Of a DNA stretch of 64,000 nt, positions 15,001 to 26,264 are shown piece after piece (within the stretch, counting starts at the first letter, position 1; every line of letters starts with the position of its first letter). The position numbers were made by a program, and so were the translations under genes. Under the pieces are notes generated by a model that was given only the letters and a program-made list of their open reading frames with translations, was not told where the DNA came from and did not search any database. This DNA comes from Raillietiella orientalis (Eukaryota): positions 1,550,001-1,614,000 of the forward strand of contig JAYWIR010000007.1 of the NCBI GenBank assembly GCA_036172245.1. Direction: 5' to 3'.

Positions 15001-18000
15001 GTAAAGTATCAAAGCTTTCGTTTTTCAAATTGGTTCTAAAACTTTTTCTAAATGCATAAAATAAATTATCTTTTAATTAATGTATGATTTTATTTCATTG
15101 TAGAAGATGCAAAAAAGAAAGAATCTGCAAGTGCTGTTTCTGCGCCTATGCTTTTATCTGAGGAATTGCAATTTTGGCATGAAAAGTGCCCCTCGGCAAG
15201 TAGCGTGAAATTTGTACAGATAGCGGCAATGCACAGTGAACTAATGGCAGTAAGCTCAACTGGACAGTTATACCAGTGGAAATGGTCTGATGCTGAACCC
15301 TACTGCGATTCTGAGGTGACTTTGGATATTTAATGCACTACTACTGACAGTTTTTTTCAGCATCCCCATTTGCATCATCCAAGATCATGTGCTTTAAATT
15401 TAGTAGGTGAAAAAATTAGTTTGATAACAGCAAGTTCAGTACGCTGTTCTGTGCTTACTGAATCTGGAAAATTAGCAACTTGGTATGATGATTCAGTTAG
15501 TGTAGCTGCTGCCAAATTGGAACATTCTGCAGAACAATTTCCTGAGTTTCAGGGTGATAAAATTCAGTCCTTACATACATGTTTTTTATACTCCTGTGTA
15601 AAACTGGAAAGTGGTGCTGTGTACTGGTGGTAAGAAGTTTAATTATATTTTCATTTATATAGCTTTGCATTTCAGGGGAATGCTCCCCTTTTCTCAGCGT
15701 AAAAAACTTTGGGAGAAATCCGAAAAATCACGTTCTAAAGCAAAAAAATCGAAGGTTGTTCCTGGTCAGGAAATGGTTGTAGGAAGTCAAGTGTGTATGC
15801 GTAGTAGTCCAGTTTATCAACCAGGTGTATTAGGTAGTTTTCACTTTCTTCATATTGTCTTCTCATTCTTTTATTTTTGTAGCATTTACTCATAATTATG
15901 GTGCTCCCAAAGTTGGTATTTTGCAATCATCAGCTTGGAGCTTAAATGATGTGTGTCTTTTCAAAGTGTTGCACTCTAGTGAACTTGCCAAATTACATAA
16001 AGAAAACTGCAAAAGTGATTTGTCGAAATCAAAAAATGATCGATTAGAATCACCCAAAGTTCAGCAAATGGATAACAAAGAAGTTCAAGATAAAGTAGAA
16101 ATGCCCCCACCACCAAGTCCAGTGAGCTCAACATGTGATCTCAGCACTGCTGGAGGAACAATAAGTAAGAGAATCAGCTATAAGGGGAAATCCATGAATT
16201 TTTCATAATGTGATCCCAGTTTCAGAAGTTGATGTATTAGTAGTTTTTCAGTTTCCGCATTTTAATATGGACAAAACAATCCTTTGTGATTATTTTTTTT
16301 ATGTAGAAACATATATGGTTTTTTATGAGTTATACATTGAGTTTCTCCAGACTCATAAGGCATATGACAATGGCGTAAACTTCTTTTAAGGAACTTGTAA
16401 GAAGTTTACGGTGGACTATTTTTGACAAGGAATTGCTTAGTTTACATGATCTCCACAATGGACATAGCACCAAGGGGAAATTACCTGTTTCAGTGGTATC
16501 AATTAATTAATTCTTCTTGGTTTGATTAGGATTTATTTTAGCAAGCTATGAGTTTGTGTTGCATCTAGTCAATTTCGTTCAAGTGTGCTTTAAGACTCAT
16601 CAGCATTTACATCATGATATTTTCATACTACTGTTATTTTTGTTTTTGTGATATCCAGCACATAACACACTTCAAGTCAGCATGTTTCCTTTGCCTTATT
16701 GTCAGCACAAGCTTGTTTTGCGTACGTTTGTTTCATTTAGTTTCGCTTTTACCACAGAAGTCGTTCGAGGTTCATTTGTGCATCGAGCATTGTTTTCGGT
16801 GAGAACTCTGAAAGTTTCATGCTTTCTCTTTCTCATTTTCTTGAAGTGATATATTTCTCATAGGTCCCCATGTATTTTTGTGTGATATTTATTTGAATTC
16901 AAGTTTTTCAGGGTTTTTCAGGTAACTGTTGAAAAAAAACTTTTTCTAGCATTGTGTTCGACCACACGCTGGTAGCAGTTTATTCCTTCATTGCTTGTAA
17001 AATTTTTCTTTGAAATGAGGGTCATGAAGATCTTTTCTTTGAAAAATAATTTAAAAGCGTAAAATCTGTAATTTGCAAAGTGTCTGTGATAAATTATTTT
17101 TGCGTGGATACATGTAAACTTTACAGTTCCAGATTTTTGATAAAATATTTTCTTCTTGCATATCTGTTTGTTGGTTTTGGAAACAAGAGTAAAACTATTA
17201 GGAAGACATAGCTTCAAATAAGCCTTTATATATGTATATATCCCCGAGTGAGTATGTGTGTAGTTTACTGGTTGTGCTGATTTTTTAGAAAGTAATTTAA
17301 GTTTTACGTTTTTTCTCATTCACTAAAATTCCTTTGGATGTATTTGATAATATCACAGTTCAGAATGTTAACCATTGATAATTGAGTAGCTTCCATCTTC
17401 CTTATGATTTTATGGCGTGTTTCTTGAAGTGTGGTAAGAAACTTAAAACATTTTTGGTTTGATTTTTCTACCATTTATAAGGTAATTTTAATCACTGATT
17501 CTGAGAAAATGTTCTGAGTTTGACTACTGATAGTAATATGATTTTAAAATACCACGTAAGCCTTTGCGTTTTGTTTGGATGAAAGTTATTTTTTGCAGAA
17601 CGAAACAAACGTCCCAGAGATGATGAAAATAAAGATGAAGAAGAATGGAGTTTGAAAGATGTTATTTTTGCCGAAGAAGCCAAAACTGTTTTTATTGGTA
17701 ATATGAACTATAAACCGCATTTATAAAACCAAATGTGGTTTCGCAGGTCGAGTTGTAAAAATCGATGGATTATATGCTGCCGTGCGCTTTGCACAGAAAC
17801 ATGAAAATTCTAAAGATGCAGAAGATCCTCTTTCAGTTCTACAGGAATGTCGTCTAATGAGAAAAGATGATCTGCAGGTATAAATTATGAATAAACTTCA
17901 TTCTTGGAAAACATGCTCTAGGTTGTGAAAACTGGTGGTGCTCCCAAAATACCAGAGTGTTTTCACCGACTTCCGAAAAGACTTCCCATACCTGAGAATG

Positions 18001-21000
18001 CACAAATCCTGGCCATTGCAGCCAGTAATCAAGGTCACTAAAAATAACAATTTTGTAAAAGCCATTAATTATTTGAATAGGAATTCATGCTGTTGTGAGA
18101 AATGGATCTAGTTTTAGCTACTGCATTTTTAATTTAAGTACTGGTAAACCCGAGCTGTCTTCTTTTTTTCCAACTGATACAACTGCTTTCTTGGGAATGG
18201 ATCCCCGTAAAATTTCTTTAAATCCAATTGGAGAGGTAAATTTGGCACTGTTGGTGACATTAATTAATGCATTAGTAGTTGGATCTAGTATCAGTGCTTC
18301 AAGATGGAAATGGTACTTTGTATCCATTAGCTAAGGATTGTGTTGACTCTATTCGAGATCCACGATGGCTTGATTTGCCTCCTATCATTTCTGTTGGCAT
18401 GGGAATTTATCCCATACCAAGTGCAAATACTTTTCAAAAAAATCAGGCAATTGTAATTGCAGTAGTATTGGAGGAACAGCCCCTCTTACAGAAAATCCTC
18501 CGAGTTGATGTGGATGATGTTAGACTGACTCTTCAAAAGCTAGAACAGGATCCTAGTAAGAATGTGTTTGACTGTACATAATAATATGATTGAAATAGAA
18601 CTTTTGCAACAAGTTCTTCAAGAGCACTGTGATGGAAATCGCAACATCTTGCATGCAGCTGTCAGTATATGTTGTCCAGTCTCAAACAAAGAAAGCGACA
18701 TGGAAACTTCAAGTGGTAGTGGTTTGGACTCCTTTGAGTCACTGCTTACTTCTGCAAGACCAGTTACCCTGCGTGAAATGATGAGACGTGCTTCAGTGGC
18801 TGTAAGAGCTATAGGTAAAAAGCATACAGGTGGTCAAAAGAAAGAGAAAGAGAAAATTGTTTGACAACTGCATTAGTTGTTTTGGATTAAGATTGAAACT
18901 TAAATTTAACTGAGTGTTTCAAATTTCAGGATTTGAAAGGGAACTAAGTGTTTCTGAAGCTCCTGCATCAGTTTCAGAAGATCCTATTCCTACTTTAACT
19001 TGGCCACCAGAGCCATTATCTACTGAAGAAGATGCTCATCCTGAGTCTCCTTCTAGTTCCAAAGGTATATTAGTGAATTCATATTGCAAAATTGTATCAT
19101 TTTGCTTAATGGAGCAGTTTTCTCAAGTTTCTGTTTTTGCAGTGTCACCAAATTTTGTTTCTCCAGTCAGTCTGGATCCCATAGAAAAACGCTTCAGTAG
19201 CTTGCAAATTTTGAAATTCCTTTGTGAATCTCCTGCTCTTTCATCTCATCTCAAAGATCTTCTCTCTGCAAGGTAAAAAATAATAATTTTCAGTTCGCAG
19301 TAAAATTGCAATTTGCAGAGACTCAAATGGTCACACACCATTTATGGCTGCTGTATCAGGAAGGGCTTACCCAGCTGCTCTGATGATCCTTGATCAGGCT
19401 CATAGAATTGCTCAAGAAATTGCCAATGCAGATGCAGAGCTTCAGGAAAAAATTTTCATGAGTTTGATTTTCCCCCCTGGTTCTAAACCTGATGACTCAC
19501 CTTTACATGTGTTATGTTGCAATGATACATGTAGTTTCACTTGGACGGGAGCAGAACACATTAATCAAGATATTTTTGAATGCCGCACTTGTGGTTTGAC
19601 GGGCTCATTGTGCTGCTGCACAGAATGTGCACGTGTGTGTCATAAAGGACATGATTGTAAATTAAAACGCACATCTCCAACGGCATATTGTGATTGTTGG
19701 GAAAAATGTCACTGTAAAGCCTTGATTGCTGGTCAACAGGGAGCTAGATATGATTTACTTTGTCGATTAGTTCTTCATACTAATCTTGTCACCCTTCCTA
19801 CTGGACGGTAAGCATTTTGCATTTGGATGTTGTGTCATGTCTCTAGCAGAGGTGAGAATGTTTTGTTGTTCCTTGTGCAAACTGTTGGCAGACAGCTGGC
19901 TGAACAAAGACAGTACCGGCCAACAAGACCAAAAATTTCTACTACTTTAAGAAAAATCAGTTCAGATTCAGGTAAATCATCTTTGTCATTTATTATAAAT
20001 AAATGAGCCACTTAAGAAGCTGATATGCCTGATCATGACTTGGAGCCACCTCGCTTCAGTCGAAGGGCATTGGAACGCCTTTTAAATGATTGGCCAGCTG
20101 TTCGGGCAATGATCATGTCTGGAATTTGTGAAGAGTCATCTCCAGGTTTTCATCAAGATAACCGAGCTTGTGTTTTTAATCAGAGTGGCACAGCGCTCTT
20201 GGATAAATTTACTCACTGTTGTCTTGTAAAACTTAGTGTCGAGGTACGTCTGCTTCAGTAAAACATGTAACTCATCATGCTCAATTTTTCTTCAAGATGT
20301 TAGATCTTCTTTTAACAACTTTGATTAGAGAAATTCAGTGTGATAGCATTCCAGGTAGAAGTGCAGATGCAACACGCGCAGCACGTCGATTTGTACGCTC
20401 AGTTGTTCGAATATTTGTTATTTTTAGTGTAGAAATGGCCCCCACCAACAATAAGAAAAAAAGGTTTGTTGAGATGAATTGTCCTTGATTTTTTTTGTTT
20501 ACAGTTTGCATAGTATCTCCCAGCCTATCGCCAAGTGTAAAAGAGTTTTCCAAGCTTTTATCAATTTAGCAATTGAGGAACTATGCGAAACTGCAGATTG
20601 TCTTATAGCACCAGTTAGATTGGGTGTTGCAAAACCAACAGCACCATTTGTATTAGTCAGTTCCCATATTGATGCTATCCATGTAAGACAGTCATGTTCA
20701 TTGCACAAGTTTATTTGAATACTCTATAGGGAAGTGAAGAATTGTTTTCTGCTGAACCATTAGCACCATTTTACTTTGTTGCAAACAATGATCCTGGTGA
20801 CCTTCCTTCAACAGAACAAATTGTATCAGTAGCAGCGGCTCCACCACCACCACCTCAAGAAGAAGAAGTATTTGATCATGATTCTGCTGTTGGAGAAGAG
20901 GATGGCGAAGGTATAGAAAGTGTTAAGGAATAATGGGATAGTGCACTGCTGGGTTGTATTCAGGCAGTGAGCATGATGATCGCACTGAGCATAGTGAACA

Positions 21001-24000
21001 TGATGCCAACCCAGAAGTTGAAGATAACAATGCCGAATCAGACATGGAACTTGATCTTTTAGTTGAAAGTGAAAGTGAAAGCGAGGATAATCGAAGCACC
21101 CAGTATAACTTGATGTCTCATATGAATCCTCCTGGAGTTAGTTCTGTTGGGGAAGGAGGTAAATAGGGAAAAATAGGGAAGAGTTGGGAATCGGATGTGT
21201 GGCTCTAGCATTATTTTCTGAAGATGATTCTGGAGATTCAACTCAACAAGAAGATGCTGAAGATTCTGAAGAAGAAGCTAGTGATAGTCAATCTGTGAGC
21301 ATGGTATGGGGTTGCATTCCGGAAACAGTTCAAGACCCTTGAATCTTTATACCATCTAGGATATTGAAGATGTTGTTTTTTCGGAAGAGCAGTTCGAACG
21401 CAGAACCAACGGAAATACCCAGCAGTTGGCCAATTTGGCACCACAGAATATGCAGTGGGCAGTGCGATCCAGTGGTGTGCGTTCCACGGCAGTTCCGATT
21501 TCAACGCCAGGTAACACCATACATCATTTCTCTTAACGTTAAGTTCGTGTTTTACAGGGAATAGCAATTTGATGTATCTTGATACTGGATCATTAAGAAG
21601 AACAGCAACAGGATCAGTCTCAGTACCTCCTCCTCAGCATGAGCCAGTTACCATGGCAACAACTGCAAGTTGTTTAGCACGTGCCTTTGGCATTGTAGCT
21701 CGGCAGATCGCGGATCTGATGGTTATGCTACAAGACTACTCTGCTCTAGCACCTAATCTACCACGCATTCTCAGCATCAGTTATTTAGAGATGGCAAACT
21801 TGCAGATGTATCTAGAATATCATTTGAAGCCTACATGGGACTGGTTACTTACTGTAATGGATTCTACAGAGGCTCAGTTGAAGTTTGGCACAGCCATGTC
21901 AACAGCTATTGACAAGTATCAGACATCATTATCCTCTCATATGAGTGGAACTAGCAATTCTAGACGACGAAATGCTAATATCGTTGATTCTTCTCGTCAG
22001 AGAGAAAATGCAACTCAAAGGATGGTACTGAGAAGAGGATCTCGTGTTGGCAGTGGTAAAGTGAATTCTGCGTAATTCTGGTATTATGGTTTTATTGCAG
22101 CATGTGAGCCACAGTCAGCACGTAAAGAGTTTCTTACTTACTGTCTTTCCCTTATGCAAGCTCATAATAGTGAACACTTTGATACGCTTCCTGTATTAGA
22201 TGTGTCTGCTCTCAAGCACATTGCTTATGTGTTTGATGCTCTCATTTATTACATGCGTTCTTGGATAGAGACAAGTGATAGTGATACACCCAGACCTGCC
22301 ACGGAAAGTTCAAATGATCATGATGAAAATGAGAATGATGAAAATGAAGATGAAGTTGGTTCATTAGTGAATCTTGAAGTTGAGTCCATGGAAGATGATT
22401 CAATGGCCAGCAAGGGGCGACGACACCCTTTTTTCCAACGTTCGGATTCAACACTTTTTATTGGTTGTCCACCACCTGATCCATTTCAATCTTGTTTGTC
22501 AGAAGCATTACCTTTAGCCGATCAACCACATTTGTTGCAACCTAATACTCGAAGAGAAGAGATGTTTGGAGTGTCGAATCAAATGATAGGCTGCTTACAT
22601 TCTGGTAACTTGCCTTAATTCTGATATTCTCGTATTGTTACTTTAGATGATCAATTGGGGGGATATGTTTAAATATGTTGTGCTGGTGTTTGAAGTGCTG
22701 CTACTGTATTGTGTTATTTTGTACTCCCATGTACTGAGTGATTATTCATATTTTAGGTGAAAAATCTTGTGAAGGATCTGGCCATCCTTTAGATTTCATG
22801 CCCACGCATCTTGGTTTATTAGTTCGCAATTCTGAGCTATCACAAGGATCAGCTGCTTCTTTACCCATATTGCATCCCAGTTCTCACAATATGACGAACA
22901 CAGAGAAGTCATTACAAATGCCCTCTGTAGAAACACCTTGTTCATGCAACAAAATAATGGAAACCAAAGGCAAAACCCCAGAAATTAGTAGTGAACCATT
23001 TGCAGATCCAAACATGCCTATTGACTTAGTGAAAAACAAAATAGATTCCAAAGAATCTTCGACTATTCCACCTCTCATCAAAATCAAGGAAATCATTTCA
23101 GAATCTCATGAGTCATCTTGCACTCCTTTCGCACCTTCTTTCCATGTATCTTCTGCTAATGAGATGGAATATGAATGCTTAGATTTAAGTCAACCAGGAT
23201 CCAGCAGGGCGGATGAACACTCACGAGCACCGATCATCATATCACCAAAAAGAGCGACTGAAGATGCTGTGTCTTCACGTTCTCCTGTGCAGAGTGTAAT
23301 TGTGAGAGCAAACAGCGTGAAAGTATCAAGTTGTGATGCACCTGAAGTGCTTGTGGTTCCTATGGATACGCAGCGTCCTGGAAATAATCTTGAGCATGAG
23401 CATGTTTCCGTCCATATAACTGTGGAGACATCACAGCCGCCACCACCACAAGTACAGCCACCTCTCCCTCCTCCACCTCCCCCACCTCCTTTGCCAGAAC
23501 ATCACACACGCCCTTCACATGCTTTCGGGCAGCTCATTTCTCACGATTTGCTCCTAGGAAGATGGCGCCTGGCTTTGGAACTATTTGGTCGAGTGTTTGT
23601 AGATGATGTTGGTTTGGAACCAGGTTCCATAATTTCAGAGTTGGGAGGGTTCCATGTGAAGGAAACAAAGTTTCGCCGTGAAATGGAGAAACTTAGAAAT
23701 TCACAACAACGGGATCTCGCTCTATCCAAAATGGAGAGAGAGCCTAGTCAGCTTATTATGCAAACTGTACGTGAGCTCAATGCAACATATCTGCATTACC
23801 AGAGACGCACTACCAACCAAACCCCACCCCTAGCAGTAAATCGTGTAAAAATTACTTTTAAAGATGAGCCAGGAGAAGGATCTGGGGTTGCCAGGAGCTT
23901 TTATGCTGCTTTTGCTGAAGTAAGTCGTAATTTTCGATATGCAGTACTTATGAGGTGCTTAAAGGCCATTCTTGGGATGGATAAGCTTCCTAGCTTGGAG

Positions 24001-25483
24001 CACTGTCAGTCTGGTAATTCCAAATCCATCCACAATCTACAGTTCAATTTAATTCAGCGTCTGAAAAATAGGGAACGCGATTCTCAAAGAAAACAAAATC
24101 AAGTAGGAATGATGCATAATACAGATGGACATGTCTTCTTCAGTCTTCCAGATCCATGACTCGTAGGGATTCACGACGTACCCTGAACTTAGATGCAGCA
24201 CCCTACTATCCTTCGTCAGAATCTAATGCCTTGAATTCAAACCAGTCACAACAATTGGGAGAACGCCTGTATCCTAAAGTTCAAGCCCTGCGTCCTTCAG
24301 TTGCTGCTAAAATCACAGGGATGCTGCTAGAACTTCCTCCTACACAAGTGATGGTGTTGCTAGCATCTGATGAACCTCTGCGTCAGCGTGTTGAAGAGGC
24401 TATGGAATTAATTCTTTCATGTGGCAATGTAGGAAATGAAACCAGTAACGAGACGACGGGACCAACAGAAAAAAGTGTCAAATCTTGTACAAACAACAAA
24501 CGATCAGAATTGGAAGATGGAGAAGATATAGAAGACAATTCCCCGTTATTCTATCAACCAGGAAAACGGGGCTTTTATTCTCCTCGTTTGGGACGGCCTT
24601 CAGAAGAGAGGGTGAACGCATTTCGTAATGTTGGCAGGTGAGCCATTCCACAGTGTAGTGTACTCAATACAATGATGTTTCTAGAATTATAGGATTGTGC
24701 TTACTGCAGAATGAGCTGTGTCCTATATACTTGAACCGCCATGTACTTAAGTATATCCTGGGTCGCGCAACTCGATGGCATGATTTAGCCTTCTTTGACC
24801 CTGTTATTTATGAATCTTTGCGGCATCTTGTTTTGGATGCCGAGTCCAAAGACAGTGCCACGATTTTCTCTGCTCTAGACTTGACCTTTACCATTGATCT
24901 AAGTCCAGAAGAAGGGAACTGTACAGTGGAGCTTGTGCCAGGTGGACAAACCATTGAGGTCACTCCACAAAATGCATGTGATTATGTGCGCAAATATGCA
25001 GAATATCGCATGATCAAGGCTCAAGAAAAAGCATTGGAAGCTCTTCGAAATGGAGTGCTCGACGTAATTCCGAATTCATTGCTGGAAGGATTAAATGCAG
25101 AAGATCTACGCTTACTGCTCAACGGCGTCGGTGAAGTCAATGTGGCAGCACTTATTTCGTATACATCATGCAATGATGAAAGTGGTGAATCTAGTGAACG
25201 TCTCCTTCATTTTAAAAAGTGGTTTTGGAGTGTAGTGGAAAAAATGAACAGCAAAGAGCAGCAAGATTTAATATATTTCTGGACTGGTAGTCCTGCTTTA
25301 CCAGCAAGTGAAGAAGGATTCCAACCACAGCCTAGCATTACTATTCGTCCTGCTGATGACAATCATTTGCCAACTGCAAACACATGCATTTCTAGACTCT
25401 ATTTACCATTATATTCATCCAAAGCCATTCTCAAGTCAAAACTCCTACTTGCCATCAAAGCAAAGAATTTTGGCTTTGTATAA
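8744..25483 (+). CDS. hyd: E3 ubiquitin-protein ligase UBR5 / hyperplastic discs (EDD1 family), complete, 32 coding exons, about 2802 aa
   Basis: Hand-spliced, all introns GT-AG and phase-consistent. Exons: 8744-8808, 8887-9084, 11024-11276, 11956-12164, 14894-15000, 15104-15315, 15361-15629, 15676-15833, 15883-16164, 17599-17697, 17747-17877, 17922-18033, 18081-18235, 18279-18555, 18599-18814, 18930-19064, 19143-19272, 19319-19807, 19850-19971, 20017-20243, 20297-20463, 20505-20682, 20730-20910, 20964-21158, 21209-21303, 21360-21510, 21558-22055, 22101-22604, 22757-23919, 23965-24102, 24144-24637, 24685-25483. The sum is 8409 nt, divisible by 3. N-terminus [26 protein letters not shown]...[14 protein letters not shown] and C-terminus [39 protein letters not shown] match UBR5/hyd. 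An in-frame upstream ATG at 8732 would add MESN. Confidence 0.96.
11024..12164 (+). CDS. hyd: hyd/UBR5 exons 3-4, UBA domain
   Basis: [46 protein letters not shown] is the UBR5 UBA domain, split by intron 11277-11955. Confidence 0.93.
13561..13955. pseudogene. Candidate NUMT (nuclear copy of mitochondrial DNA) in hyd intron 4
   Basis: Only 6 C in about 395 nt with abundant G/T. Broken frames read as hydrophobic V/L/M/G/F/W-rich peptides, like minority-strand nad genes of strongly skewed arthropod mitogenomes. The source gene cannot be assigned by eye. Confidence 0.45.
19319..19807 (+). CDS. hyd: hyd/UBR5 exon 18, UBR-box zinc finger
   Basis: [59 protein letters not shown]. Confidence 0.96.
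24144..24637 (+). CDS. hyd: hyd/UBR5 exon 31, MLLE/PABC domain
   Basis: [29 protein letters not shown] carries the KITGMLLE signature. Confidence 0.95.
24685..25483 (+). CDS. hyd: hyd/UBR5 last exon, HECT domain with catalytic Cys
   Basis: [33 protein letters not shown] and terminal KNFGFV* (TAA at 25481-25483). Confidence 0.97.
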
Positions 25484-25491
25484 CGTGCCCA

Positions 25492-25669
25492 AATAAATAA
25501 GTTTTTATTGTTAAGTTTATTAATGGTGACTGCTGATGCACAGTTGCATAAATTTGTATATTTTTTGATCCATTTGTCAGGATTGATAAGTAGCATCAGG
25601 TCAAATATATTGTTAGGTTTTTGTTCTCCAAGTCATCCTGTACCATGCTGAAAGAATGATGACAATAAA
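25492..25669 (+). terminator. Candidate hyd polyadenylation signals (AATAAA at 25492-25497 and 25664-25669)
   Basis: Two canonical AATAAA hexamers after the stop codon. The distal one is followed by a GT/T-rich tract (gtgttctttttattgtgtttt). Confidence 0.55.
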
Positions 25670-25740
25670 TGTGTTCTTTTTATTGTGTTTTCGAGTGATT
25701 CATGATTCGTTCGAAGCTCCTGACCACCGAGGGAAAGGTG

Positions 25741-26264
25741 TCACGCGGATCGTTCACGTGCAGCACTCGTGTTGGCATGCACCACGTGTTGTGTGACGCC
25801 GACGTGCCATCCGCTTGAGTGCGTGAACTTCTCTTGGGTTTCACGTCCATACGGTCGTTTTCTTAAAACGGGGGTATCCGTCCGGAGCGTGGCCTCCCCC
25901 AACTCCACTGCCCGGCCGCGTCGGTCGTTTTCCGACGGTCCGCGGTCGGGACCGCAGTTCTCGGATGCGCCGGTCAAAAAGTCTGCCCCATTCTGCTGCC
26001 AGGAACGAACGTCGCCGGACCGGCGGCAGCCCCTCTTCCCCGCTCCTTCCGGCTGTGCATCCGGACGTGACCCGAGGGCTGCACCACCTCCGGGGCTGCC
26101 GCCCCACCTGCGGGAGCCGTCGTCGCGCTGCTTTAGCAGTGCGCCTCCCGGTCCCCCGTCGGAGACACCCAAGGCTGCTGCTGCTGGCGGTTCGCCCCGA
26201 AGACAAGGAAGGCACGGAGCCGACCGGCGTGAAGTTTCCGGCAAACTTCGAAGGTTCTGGCAAG
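25741..26264 (-). CDS. Putative terminal coding exon of the Shaw gene (low-complexity C-tail)
   Basis: GC-rich island next to the AT-rich hyd 3' end. The taatcag acceptor at 26265 gives a phase-1 join that stays open for 174 codons to TGA at 25743-25741. A minus-strand AATAAA lies at 25684-25679. No recognisable homology. Confidence 0.35.

Noticed and set aside
8744..25483. hyd nested inside a Shaw intron
   Set aside because: No Shaw-like exon was found left of hyd, and plausible terminal exons and poly(A) signals lie to its right. It is not formally excluded without transcript data.
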